Positions 50,864 through 63,384 of a stretch of DNA of 64,000 nucleotides are shown here, piece after piece (the first letter of the stretch is position 1; each line of letters starts with the position of its first letter). Below the pieces are notes generated by a model. It was not told the origin of the DNA, did not search any database, and was given only the letters and a program-made list of their open reading frames with translations. Location of the stretch: positions 62,001 through 126,000 of the forward strand of contig NW_026863536.1 in NCBI RefSeq assembly GCF_026571515.1, given 5' to 3'. The DNA is from Ruditapes philippinarum. Its lineage: Eukaryota. A program made the translations under genes and the position numbers.

Positions 50864-52366
50864 CTATCTTTTCACTACTCTCATTTTGAAATGTTTAGGA
50901 TTAAATGTGGTTGCAAGTTCTCCTTTTTGGTCCGGGATAACGCCATCCTTTTCCGGTAAAAATTCCAATTTTTGAACAAGTCCTGTCAAAAAAAGAAATA
51001 TTTCAATTGTTGCTAACGTCTCCCCTAAACATGACCTCGGTCCAAGTGAAAATGGGATGAACTCTTTTGGAACTATCACGTCATTTCCTTCTGCGTTCAG
51101 AAATCTTTCCGGTATAAATTCTTCAGGATCCTTCCAAATTTCTGGATCCTTAAGAGCGGTGCTAAGCATTGGAATTACTGTACAGTTCTTGGGAATAAGG
51201 TATCCACGAAATAAAATGTTTTCTTCAACAGTGTGCGGCATTGCCAATGGTACCGTATGAGAATTTCGGAGACCTTCTAGTATAACCGCCTGCATATACG
51301 TTAGTCGTTTTTTGTCCGCAATTGTCGGGGGATCTTTTCCTAGCACGTGTGTTATTTCGGCGTACAATTTATCCTGTATATGTGGATTTCTGATGAGGTA
51401 CAGAAGTATCCATCTTATCGTCGATGCAGTTGTTTCACTTCCTGCTATTACAAGATGGCAAGCTGCTATTTTCAAATCTCTTTCATCGAAAGTACTTTCA
51501 ACATCATTGTTTCTATCCGCGTCAATTCGATCTAAATAGCATTCTACAAAAGTTTTTCTGTGAACCTTTTCGTTTCGGTTTTTCAACTTTTCTATCATTT
51601 TTGTTAAAAATTCTAACTGCTTCTCAAAGGAACTTCTGCTCTTTTTAAAACCTAAAATGTCAACAGGGAAATGTTCTAAAAACGGAAGACAGTTTAAAAT
51701 CACGTCCGTTTTCAAAAACTTTTCTGAATTGGTTCTTATAGTTCTTTGAAACCAGTGCAAATCTTCGTCATCCAAATCGAATCTATGTCCATAAACGATT
51801 TGAAATATAATATTTTGAACGCTTGAGTTCAAGTAGAGTTCTATATCAAAGGGCTCTTCAAATTTAAGAATTGTTTCTGTCAAGTCGTTGACCTCGTAAT
51901 CTACTAAATGTTCTACAAAACCTTTGTCATTATAACATATTTCTTGTAATGTAGCTACAACAAAATTTCTACCATTTCTCCATATTGCTCCCTTAGAAAA
52001 GATCAGTCCTTTAGTATGAACATCTTCTTCTTGGTCATAAGCTGGTAGAGCTCTGAACATAAATTTGGATCCCTTTTTTATCAGCGCGTCATGAATGACA
52101 TCATAACCATTTAGAAACACGAGAAGTTTGCTTCCGGTATATAGTCCAAAAACATCACCATACTGTTTCCGAAGTTCGCTCAATCTGCATAGAGTGTCAT
52201 CGGAAGCCAACGACGGGATATTTCCGACAATAGGGAATAACGCTGGGCCTGGCGGCACTCCTTTTTGTCGTCTGGTGTTAATATAAACCAGGAAAAATGT
52301 GATAAAAAATATAGCCACTGTAGTTATGACACTATAATCAATTCCATTTTCAAGAAAATACACCAT
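50864..52366 (-). CDS. Cytochrome P450, CYP2 clan, intronless (500 aa)
   Basis: PPGP, WRNGR, AGSETT, EGLR, PERF and FSLGPRSCLGE. Confidence 0.97.
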   Translation of the reverse strand: MVYFLENGIDYSVITTVAIFFITFFLVYINTRRQKGVPPGPALFPIVGNIPSLASDDTLCRLSELRKQYGDVFGLYTGSKLLVFLNGYDVIHDALIKKGSKFMFRALPAYDQEEDVHTKGLIFSKGAIWRNGRNFVVATLQEICYNDKGFVEHLVDYEVNDLTETILKFEEPFDIELYLNSSVQNIIFQIVYGHRFDLDDEDLHWFQRTIRTNSEKFLKTDVILNCLPFLEHFPVDILGFKKSRSSFEKQLEFLTKMIEKLKNRNEKVHRKTFVECYLDRIDADRNNDVESTFDERDLKIAACHLVIAGSETTASTIRWILLYLIRNPHIQDKLYAEITHVLGKDPPTIADKKRLTYMQAVILEGLRNSHTVPLAMPHTVEENILFRGYLIPKNCTVIPMLSTALKDPEIWKDPEEFIPERFLNAEGNDVIVPKEFIPFSLGPRSCLGETLATIEIFLFLTGLVQKLEFLPEKDGVIPDQKGELATTFNPKHFKMRVVKR

Positions 52367-53109
52367 TTCTGTAAGTATTCCTAAATAGAATATTATAATA
52401 TTTTACAACAAATTTTACTGTTTTGCATATGTCTAACAGCTGTGAATGAAATCAGTGTACACACGCTACACGCTCTATAAAACAGATCAACAGGGCTTTT
52501 TTCCTATATGATATATAATTTTAAAGGTAGTAATTCATGCTTAATATGTCAGAGTGTTTATATTGCAAACATAGTCTGATGACAATATCTCGGCGAGGCG
52601 TTTATAGGGCTTTCTTATAACTTGACTTGACTTGGGCTTAATTATGTCTTATTCATGATTTTAAGAGACTTTTTGTTCATATTTTCTTTTATATACAATT
52701 TCAAGCATATAAATATACAATCGATAGTTGGTGCTTAGTATATAGCTTAGTCTCCAATGTTCTATTTATAATTTTACTGAAAGCCAATAATTTACTCGGC
52801 TATACAGTATTAAGTTACGTACAAATGCACTAGCTGTTTATAACTGTATTGTTGAACAAATAGAATTATATCAAAATAAATTATGAAGATACTATCTACT
52901 TAAGGTTTTTTCCCCTTTTTTATGATCTCGATAAATTTTAAGAAAATGAAGCACGTTTTGAGAGAAAATATAAAAAATTGTTACACATGAGAGTAATAAA
53001 AACAGAAATGGTGAAAATTGCCCGGTTCTATGATAAAATGTGCAACATCTTTGATGCCCCCTAGCACCGTATAATGACATACTTTAAAGGAGCTCCACTG
53101 AAGTCTACA

Positions 53110-53262
53110 ATCCTTAAAAAAATGCTCTGACCAGGCGCAATACTGAACTGAATTACTTGATGACTGGCTAATTCTTAATGTATTTCTTGATATCTCCAAA
53201 ATTGATAATGGACAGTCCCAAAAATGAAAGCAAGCCAAGTCCATTTAAGAAATTCGGCAAGT
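53110..53262 (-). mobile_element. MITE fragment (same family as 60957-61130, opposite orientation)
   Basis: ttgataatggaca..ccaaaaa..agtccatttaagaaattc is the reverse complement of gaatttcttaaatggact..tttttgg..tgtccattatcaa. Confidence 0.6.
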
Positions 53263-53584
53263 TTCTGTTTTTCTCGATCTATATACATAGTCAATGTATT
53301 TTCTTTCATGCAGGTGTAATGTATAAATTTAAGATATGGAAGTATTTACTACAACTTAAATAAAGTACAAAAACATATAAGTGCAAATTTAAATAAACTT
53401 TTGAAATACGATCTGCTTAAACCTATATACATTTGTAATATTATTTATGAGCTATCGTTTCGACTTTCGAAATAGTTTATTTTATTAACATAGTCAACCT
53501 TTTACAGGTCTTTATATGTTGCACTTCATTTTTTATTTCGTTTTATGCACCGTTTATCATTTATGATATCCTACCATGCCAAGT

Positions 53585-54025
53585 ATTATCCCCGTTGAAA
53601 ACTGAAGGATATTGATTTGGCATTGTCCGTCTGGCTGTTCGTCCGTCCGTCTTTCTGTCTGCCCGGTGTCCGTCAAAGAATGGAATTGGTTACATATCAA
53701 TGAGAAGAAAAACTGTGTTTTTATGGAGTTATTGCAATTTTTCATACTTTTTTTTGTACTGGACATAACATGTAATTACTTGAAACCTTGTGGATTGATA
53801 TATCACATAAAATCAAAACGCAGTGTATTAGAACTATAACTTTCTTTTGCATAATTAAGAGTTACTGCCCTTTCTATTTTTTTCAAGCTGCATTTATGTC
53901 ATTTAAGAAAATCAAACTGTTTTAGAACCATAACTATTTTTTTTTTTTTTTTTTTTTTTGAGTTATTGCTCTTTGTAATTTTTTACATTTAATGTTTTCT
54001 TTCAATTCACTTCTACGGGAGATAA
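53585..54025 (+). mobile_element. Helentron-like non-autonomous element
   Basis: ttatccccgt.../..acgggagata sub-TIRs, (GTCC)n microsatellite and repeated gagttattgc units. Confidence 0.7.
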
Positions 54026-54340
54026 TTAATTAACGAATACGTTTATGATTGAAATTGTCTGTTTTATCTATATACAGATAAAAATCAATGTATTATACAC
54101 AGCTAATGTCGCGCCTGTAAAACAATATAATTGTGTACATTACATTGAATTGTTATATCATACTTAACTTAAAATTACCATGAATGAAGCCTGCATGTAA
54201 ACTTCATTACTCCGCCTATACAACTTGTGAATCAGTATACATGTAAATCAACATGATACCATTTAAAAAAATCTTGACGCCGCCTATGCAGATTGTGAGT
54301 CAGTCTTAAAATAACATGATGTCTCTTAAAACATTATATA

Positions 54341-55057
54341 GTTTGATTTTATTGACCTGTCAATTTTGAATACATTATAGGACTCATTTAAATATTCGAT
54401 CCCACTTCGGTTTGGTCCGTGTAGTTTACGAGAATTAATGTGGAGTATATAAGTCATCGATTGAAAGTCACGCCTGCTTAATGTGAAGGTTTTCGTCAAT
54501 TCACAATAACATAGTCGGTAAAGAGAATGCCTGATAATTGAGAGGTCTGTGCTTCGATCCTTACTGTTGCCATTGTTTTAGTACTTTTTCTTTATTTTTG
54601 CAGTATATTTTAATAGAACAGATTTGTAGTGTGTTTTACGGCATTGAAATGACATTTATTGATTTTAATCCGTTTTAATCTTAAACATGAATTCTTAAAA
54701 AAAAATGTTATTTAAAAAGAGTATATACATAACAAAATTAAGTAAAACATAATGAAACAAAACGAACAACATAAATAATCATATATAGATTCAATAATGT
54801 TGAAAGTATTAATAAGAAAAAAACATGGACCAACGCGGCCTCGAACTTAAAACACGTGTGGCGCTTAGATCATAAACTCGTGATTTACCCTATTGCGCTA
54901 AAACGCTGAGTACACTTAGTTTAGAGATACAAATTAAATTAAATTCTATCGTATAGCGTTCATCTCACGGAACTTACCGAACATCTACCGAAGATTAACA
55001 TACTGTGTGCATCGACCGTGTAATCAGTATGTAATTGACAGGTTAATAAAACCAAAC
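54341..55057. mobile_element. MITE with 25-bp TIRs
   Basis: GTTTGATTTTATTGACCTGTCAATT ... AATTGACAGGTTAATAAAACCAAAC (2 mismatches). Confidence 0.7.
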
Positions 55058-55100
55058 AATAACTCCCCTTGCTGATCAAAACAACGTACACAATGTGATC

Positions 55101-55106
55101 TTTATT
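55101..55106 (-). terminator. Probable polyadenylation signal of the 8-exon gene
   Basis: AATAAA on the minus strand, ~365 nt after the stop codon. Confidence 0.45.
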
Positions 55107-55470
55107 TAATAAAATAAATATCATACCCGTCTATAAAATTTTGAGAAATCTTAAATAAACACTATTTAACACTATGCCGCTTTTATAAAAAATATTTTTC
55201 TCCACCCATTAAAAAAAAACCCGCCCATACAAACATTATTACACGGAACGAATGGCCGCTATTCACTCAGTAGTTTATTTTGAAAATTTCTCTAAAAATG
55301 ATAAATGGTTTTGTCTGGATTGAAAGGTGAACGTATTAAAGCGTGGTAAGGGTTTTCTTAATTTTGAACGACTACCCATTTATTCAATCGCATCTTCTCG
55401 GCCCTTTCCGACAATCTTCGGATAAAATAAGATTACTGATAATAGCCGACATGTTCCGATTGCCCATGTA

Positions 55471-58400
55471 TTAAGTTTCCTCCTCGTCATCACTATATCC
55501 CGCGTCCAATGCCTCTTTGTTTGCTTTATTTTTACTGAGTAAGTTAGATATAAACACTGCCCCCAACACGGCAGCCTTTGGTACACTGTGATGACTCTGT
55601 TGACTGGTCTAAAAATAACACAAAAAACTCACGTGACATTTTGAAATTTAAATATTCCTGTAGGCCTACTCTTAGATATACTTCTTGTTCAATTTAGAAG
55701 TTGCGCTACTTAGAAAATGAGTATGTAGTTTCAGAAAGTGTTTTACAATGGCTGATTGCTGCCAATATTCAGTGAGAAATTTTTTCTGGCAAATTCAATA
55801 TGTTTGAAAACAAAATGACTGCTTAATTTAACTTGAAAACTGTAAAAATTTGTGACTAAAATTGTGTGAAACTACCCATCATATGATTCAGAATATATTT
55901 CTTTCTTTCAGGTTTCGTATTTATTATCTGAAATACGCATATGTACATGCAAGTATATAATTGTAGATAATTTCTTAATAAGAGAAAATTTATCTTACTG
56001 TGCTACGCTTGCTTCCCTTGGTACCCGGTTTGGAACCGGCTTCTTTTTTGTCCGCTGCTTTAGCAGGAATGTTTTCGGCTGTTGCAGGCTTATTAAGTGG
56101 TTCCATATTTCCGACTGGAATTCTTTGACCCGGCTGGGTCGCAATGTCATACAGCATTATTTGTTTTGTAACTGAATAGAAAGGAAATAAGAAAAAATTG
56201 TCAAGTACAAGACTATAATATTGTCAATATTAAAATGTAAATGAATTACCCATGCATTTGTTGGAAAAAAATGTGATAATATAATATAGAAACATCCACA
56301 AAAGTTATTAACCAGACCGTGTGTTGTGGTTACAGTCTGTTACAAATCAAGGGTCGCAAGCTCGATCCCCCGTTATTTCTGAGTTTGCTTGAGACTATTA
56401 CTACTACGTCATAAAACGAAAACATGCGCAAAATCATTGACTGAGCACTAATCGATCCGTACACATAACTCGCTACAACTATGAACATGATTCACTGAAC
56501 GCTATTCACATCTTGAACATTACATTTATAAGTAGTATCTGTGTGTGAAGTTAAAATGCAATAATGTTCAATGTGTGAGTAGTGAGAGTACCGTGATCAT
56601 TACTCACGGAAACACTATACTTTCACTCAATATGAGCACTAATCAAAGGATCATTTTCTATGGGGTCATTTTAACTTCACTGCGCTGTTTATTTGGGTTT
56701 TTTGTTGTTTTTCTTTGAGGGGAGGTTGTTTTTTTGGCGAAAATTAGCACTAGTTTACGGTAACACATACCTGGATCATAAAACTTCCCTTGAAATGTTC
56801 TAGATGTCCCAATTACTGGACCTGCAGGAAGTGATTGTCGACTAGCGACCGTTCGTCTGCTGGAATCATCATCATATCCGCTATCAATGGATTTTGCCTT
56901 CTTTGCAGACTTCTTCCCGGATTTCTCTGACTTGCCAGTCTTTGCGGTTTTTGTAGAACGTCTGGTTTCTTGTCTTTGCGATGGAAGCGTGAATTGGGTT
57001 CTTTGCGTACGCTAGTTTGTAAAAAAATATTGGAAAAAAAATTCGGTTTGAAGATATTTTATTAATGCTTTGTCAACGTTACTTGTCGAGAAACGTATAG
57101 AGCCTGTATAGTAGTTTATACAGATTTTTTTCTTAAAACGATTGTGTAGGAAACTGTTTACAGACAGAAACTCGAATCCATTCCTGGAACCAACCGGTAC
57201 TAAGCGATGGGCGTAGGTTCTTGCTCAAGGAAACAACAACTTTAAAAGACTTGAATCGTCATATACATAAATAGCATATTTAAATCTATATTTATTATAA
57301 GATACATTTAAGTTTATTTGCCATGCAAATATGGAGACAAAAAAGCACAATTGGTCATAAATCGCACATAACATGGAAATTACTAATTGAAAAGTAATTT
57401 TCAATTTTAGTACATGTTTACTAATTTTGATTTTCTTGAAATACTTTGGCTCATCTTCAGGCATGCAGCTAGTGCTAGTAAAATATTCAAGATTGAAATA
57501 ATAACTTACATGTTATGTGCGATTAATGACCGATTTTGCAGTATTCATCACCACATTTCTACTGCGTGACTAACGTGTAAGCGCCGTTTGCACACAATAA
57601 TTTACTTTTCATAATTTATATAAAATAAGCATGAATCTGGATGCATGCTGCTTTAAAGGATGTGTATTATCTTTGTTTTACCTGTGTAACACCTGTCCTT
57701 TTGGTTTGTGCAGTTAGTTGTCTTGTAGGCGGAAGTGATGGTAATGACTCGGGAACGCTTTCTGTGAAATCGCTGTGACGTGACCGGAAGCTCTGACTAC
57801 TTGGTGGAAGTGACGGCGTCTGCGGATATCCTATTTCGGGTAATCTGTAAGGAATATAGTCTTCCTCCTCTTCATCATATTCGTCATCATATTCATCACT
57901 GTCATAATCATCATCATCTTCATCATCATCGTCGTCGTCATCTTCGTCCCTTGTTTTTGTTGTTTTTGTTGTTTTAGCAGTTTTTGGAGTATCGGCTTTT
58001 CGTCCACTAATAGCGGTACCTTCTCTTTCTTCAGAACATTCTTCATCATCTTCATCATATTCATCTTCGCTTTCTGACACAAGTTCAAACCTGGGTTTTG
58101 GATATCCGAACACATATTTTGATCTTGCTATTCTCATATCACGTTTTCTAAGCCGTCTCGGTTCTTCCATGTTTTCATTCCAGTATGGATTAAACTTGAA
58201 AACACCTGGCTGTGTATGTCCAGTTAGTCCTGTATGCTGACATGTAATTTTATCATAAAGCATTGAACCAACAAACTTGTTACTCCGATTTGGGAAACAA
58301 CTACATGCCTCGTGGCTATCAACGATTTCGGCTCGTGGTCCAGGTGTCCCTTCCTGAATAAAAATATGTTTATTAGGTATACATGTCTTTGTGTATTTGT

Positions 58401-61400
58401 ATATGAAGCATATACATTTGTTTGCCTATTTATTTGTGAATTTTTAGATTAACTGTTTGGAAAACAAAGATATGATAAAAGGAAACATTTGACCTGATTC
58501 TTCTAGGCTAAGTTTTGTTCAATTAATTCCAGCTTTAGTTAAAATGCAAAAACTACATGTATCTGCTTAGATAGGAGAAATATTAAGAACGCTTATATAC
58601 TTTGTCAGTGAAATTCTTGACAGGAATATTTTTATATACAGTAGACTTGATATACTTGTGGTAAAATGATATTCTGAAAAGAAGTCCGGTAGACTTACCT
58701 CTCTTTTATGTTCTGGCGATGATAGTTACTGAAAACAGTCGGCCTGACCTAATTTTAAACCTAAAATAATACTCTAATTTGAATTGCCCGTTTCACTAAA
58801 CTAGTTTTCTAAGAAAATAGTTCAGTTCTATTAACTTTTATATTTTTGCGTTAAATACTACTGAAGAATAGCCCAGACTTGTTGAATCACGTGACTTTTG
58901 TGATAACGAGAACACTCGACTGAGCGTCGATTCAGACAAGCTTTTCAGGTAATTCCATATTACACTACTTATTATATTGCTAATGTACCTCTCAAAATAT
59001 TTTGTATTATATAATACTCTCCGAAAATAGTCCCCAGCTTTAACTTATCTCTTTGTTAAGTGGTAGTACAACTGACTAGCTTTTCTCATATCTTGGCGCG
59101 TGAAAAAATAGTCCTGCTTTTTTACCTCTCTCATATATTCTGGCGGTAAGTAGTAATCACTGTAAATAGTTCGGTCATCATCAGAAGATTCCTCCTCTTC
59201 CTCCTCATCTTCTTCATCAATTTGAGAAGGTCGTTGAGATCCTACACATATAGACATATAGTGGAATAGTTCACTTATGTAAATGTTAAGTAGGCATAAC
59301 GGGTGAATACCATAAATATTTGATTTGTGCCAAACTACATGTACTTCAAAATTGAATTTCATGCGATTTGATTAAAGAACAGGTGACAAGTATAAAATGT
59401 TTATGGTAAGCTTTAATTTAGAAACTCTGATTTGAGATGTTTAATTTTACTGTACATTTGCATTTGAGACATAAACCATCCTGATTAAATTCAGCTCCTA
59501 ATTAACGCTACGCATTTCTATATGTAAGAAATAAAATGATCTGAACTTAGGAAATTGCTTTTGACCATTTCATTTTTTAAATTAAAGAACTTTTTGCCTT
59601 TGGATATTTTTAATGTGTTTGGAAAAGTTGGCATAGTATTTTTCTAATTAAACTTTTTTTCTAATAAAACTTTTTATGTCATACACTTTCACCTGATGTC
59701 ACCCGTATTAGAAAATATGAATTATATTAAATTATAAATCATATAAACGTTTTAGCTGTATTACGCTGGGTCAGGATGCGTTCGTACCTTGTGAACCCGA
59801 GACCTGTGATCCTGTCATCTGGCTGCCCCCACTAATGCCACTAACACCGGACTCGGCTGTGGGTGCTCGAACCACATTCTGGTCATCACTAACAAATTTA
59901 CTCCAAATGTCGTTTGCTTTAACACCTTCGTCGCCATCTTCTTCACCGCCACCACGTGACTGTAATACATGAAAGTAGTGCCCCATAAATAATTACATGT
60001 ACCATATCAAATTATCAATTATAAAGTAAACATTATTTCTATTATCAGGTTTTGCTTAAACATCATTCAAATATTTGCTTTTATTAACACGGTATTTTAG
60101 ATACCTTTACTCTTTCTTTTTTTCATTTATCGACAAAGTATGTAAGACGTACACTATGTTGCTTTCATCGATACAATATTTCAGATGCATTAATCCAGTT
60201 TGCTTTTTATCAATATACCATTTAATACACGTGCAACTATTTCGTTTTCATCGACACAATATTAAAGTTAATGCAACTATTCCGTTTTTATCGACACTAT
60301 ATTAAAGATACGTGCATCTATTTCGCTTTCATCGACACAATATTAAAGATACATGGAACTATTTCGCTTTCATCGACACAGTATTAAAGAAACGTGCAAC
60401 TATTTCGCTTTCATCGGTATTAAAGATACGTGCAACTATTTCGCTTTTATCGACAAAATATCAAAGATACGTGGAACTATTTCGCTTTCACCGGCAAATT
60501 ATTTAAGATACGTGCAACTATTTCGCTTTCATCGACAAAGCATTAAATTTAGATACGTGCATCAATTATGCTTTTATCGACACAGTTTTTAAGATGTTTG
60601 TCTATATTTTGCATTTGTTGACACTGTATAAAAGTTCATTGATCGGAAGTAGCTTCTTTTATCTCTTTCTAATTGGAGACAACTTTTCGGCCCTTTCCGT
60701 CAGTCTTCGGATAAGGTTGTAATGAATAATAGCCGAGGATGATCCGATGGTAAGCATCTCTTAAGTTATACATATCTTTTACATTTAATTAGTTAGGCTT
60801 GTAGCCGCGTAGGTATACAGTATTGCTATCACATTTATAAATTAAACGCTGCCATTCTGACCGTCTATTTTACATTTTTTAAAGTTCGAAGTCACATCTT
60901 AGGAATGAGGAGGATCTAGACACATGTTTCTGATCAATCAAGTACAGACAAACGATTGACCTTTACATGCTGAATTTCTTAAATGGACTCGTCCAGCTTC
61001 TATTTTTGGAATTGTCCATTATCAAATCAGATTTTAACGTTAGTCAGTCAAAAGTATCATGAGTATAAAGCTTGCCCTCAGACCGAATGGACGTGCAAAC
61101 TGACCTGGCTCTACACGTGCGGCCATGGCTAATCACTTTCGATTTCAGTAGAGCATAAACTAAAATTACCCGATTAGATGCATCAAAAAGACTTTTCTGT
61201 TGCCCGGCTGTAGCTGTACGTCTGGATCGAGTACCAGTACCTTGGCTATTTGCCGTGTATCCTTCACTCCTGTAAATAAAAAAAAACTGTTTCATTTTGT
61301 AGGTTTACTGTTGTTTTGTTGTTGTTGTTTTTATTTCTTCGTTAATTACCGGTCGTTTTTGTTGTTGTTTTGTTTGTGTCTTTGAGAGGTTGAGGACAGG

Positions 61401-61837
61401 CGGCTTCGGTTGCTACTAATTGGTTAGTGTTTGGTGTTTAAAGCTTTTTATTTAGTTTTGTATAATATTAGTTGTAAGAGTGTTACTTAATCAGATCACA
61501 TAACCTATATTTTGGAGCTTTACATTGAAAATACAATATTCAGCCATTTTTGTTTTACTTCAGCATGGCAATAATTAATTGAAATATATAAACTCAAATA
61601 TGGTTCTGATTAAAAATTACATTTAATTAAGACTATTACTAAATAAAGCTGTAGAATAAAAACAATCTTGGAGAATATTTTTTATTCATATTCACTCTGA
61701 GATTATTAATTTTAGTGATCAAGCTAAACATGTAAATGTAACCTTTCTGAGCCCTGAGTGGCTGTTCCCCTCGTTTGACCACGTGACTGCTGTTTTGACG
61801 CACGAGACTGTGCCGCTGTACCGCTTCGAGATGGCAT
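55471..61837 (-). CDS. 8-exon gene, ~568-aa low-complexity, acidic, S/T/R/K-rich disordered protein of unknown function
   Basis: Exons 61743-61837, 61170-61269, 59788-59959, 59126-59241, 57682-58353, 56771-57011, 55999-56171 and 55471-55608 are all GT-AG and phase-compatible, giving a 1707-nt open frame MPSRSGTAAQ...GYSDDEEET*. Confidence 0.85.
57160..57240 (-). mobile_element. SINE fragment (CORE-like)
   Basis: ttcttgctcaaggaaacaac motif preceded by cctggaaccaaccggtact. Confidence 0.4.
60150..60630. repeat. Intronic tandem repeat, ~41 bp unit AAGATACGTGCAACTATTTCGCTTTCATCGACACAATATTA
   Basis: About 10 visible units. Confidence 0.92.
60957..61130 (+). mobile_element. MITE fragment (same family as 53110-53262)
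   Basis: Homologous to 53110-53262 on the opposite strand. Confidence 0.55.
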
Positions 61838-61859
61838 GCTTGGTCTGCCTTAGTTTGTT

Positions 61860-61871
61860 TGTGACGTCACA
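61860..61871. promoter_or_regulatory. Perfect CRE palindrome just upstream of the ATG
   Basis: TGTGACGTCACA, 23 nt 5' of the ATG at 61837. Confidence 0.45.
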
Positions 61872-62273
61872 TCATTACCAGAAAATACCTTTTTACTCAG
61901 AGCTGCACGCGTATTGCTTAACTATGCTACACAAATATTTCTTTTATATTTTTGCTTCAAATGTACTGTTTTACAGCAGACGTACACAATCAAAATCGGA
62001 ATAAACAACATAAGCTAACATAAACAGCATAAACAACATAACATAACATATGACGTTTCTCTATAGAACTCGGTTTCATGTTGTATTTATCCTCTTCCGT
62101 TACATATTTTTGCGTAATATCTTTTTTTTTCAAATAGCTTAAAATAGTTCCATTTTGAATTCCTATATTGTATATACGAAACCTAATCACTAAATAGTGA
62201 AACACAATTGACCTGTACTAAAATATACTTAATATGATTAATATGAAGTAAAAATATAGTGAATATAAATTTG

Positions 62274-62797
62274 TACGGAGTCCTAGTGGCGCCATTACGC
62301 CTTCAACTCTTGTGTGCCATTTGAATTTAATGCAGCCGGTCGAGTTGTGTGTCATTCAACCCAGAGATCCAAGTCGGCCCCAGTCGTGGACGTCCGAGTT
62401 GCAAAGATATAAAGCTCAACGATTTCGTTATAATAAAAAAATGAAACTAATTGATGCAAAACATCTAGAACCAGGGCACCAAAAAAATCGAAAACAAGGC
62501 GTTTCCACATTACAAAAGAGACAGGTACTTCCATTGACGATGGAACTATTTTATTTTCAACAAAAAATGCCAAATTTAAGTTGACCTCTTTAAACTTTTT
62601 TGTTTTTATGTCATAAAATGATCAACGTTTGCTGGGTGTCGTGCTTCTTGTATATCTAAACTTGTGTATAAAGCATTATTTTTAAATATCTCAATCGATA
62701 CCATATAAACTGTTTTACTTTGGACCATGAATTCCTTTGCATATCACTATCTATAAATTAACTAACAAAGGCGTGGTGGTCACAATAGGCTCCCGTA
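62274..62797. mobile_element. Decayed MITE with TACGG termini
   Basis: tacggagtcctagtg ... cacaataggctcccgta. Flanks aatttg/gatttt match only 4/6. Confidence 0.4.
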
Positions 62798-63384
62798 GAT
62801 TTTAGATGTGTATATGAGGGATACTATTTTTGTTTAAACATTTATATTAAAGTGTTTTAATCGACACCGGATTACCATAATCCTTATAAAACTTGGTCAA
62901 AGGTTAAGTAAATATTTATTATTTAATCTAAATATTGAATTACAGTATCAAAGTTTAATTCCAATATTTTATTTACTTTGAAAGTAATTTAATTTTAATG
63001 TAGTATATTTCATAAATGATAATATGTTGGGTTTAAAATCGAATTCGGAAAGCATCTTACATAATTCAATAATTCAATTGTAATTTTTAGCACACTGACT
63101 TTTAAAATAATCTTTAATGAAGTACAAAACAGGCAACAGTGAAACTTATAAAAATCAGAAAAGAACACACCTTAGAAATTCAAGATTTAATAAAACAAAG
63201 TAGCAACAAAAACTGTATAAGTATCACCATTTTGTTTGAGGGTTTCTTTAAACAAAATGTTGCTGTTAATAACTTAATAGCAATGAAAGTAATATCATTT
63301 AGGGATAACTCTTGAATGATCGCTTATTGTCTCCCTTTATGGCTTGGCTTAATGATTTTTATACGAGTGCATGTGTATTTGAGT

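Noticed and set aside
37815-51648. Antisense ORFs over the P450 genes
   Set aside because: Shadow ORFs of the coding strand.
59045-59125. Read-through extension of exon 4 (VKKQDYFF...LTKR*)
   Set aside because: It ends in a stop with no canonical in-phase donor. The GAG|GTAAAA donor at 59126 keeps frame with exon 5.
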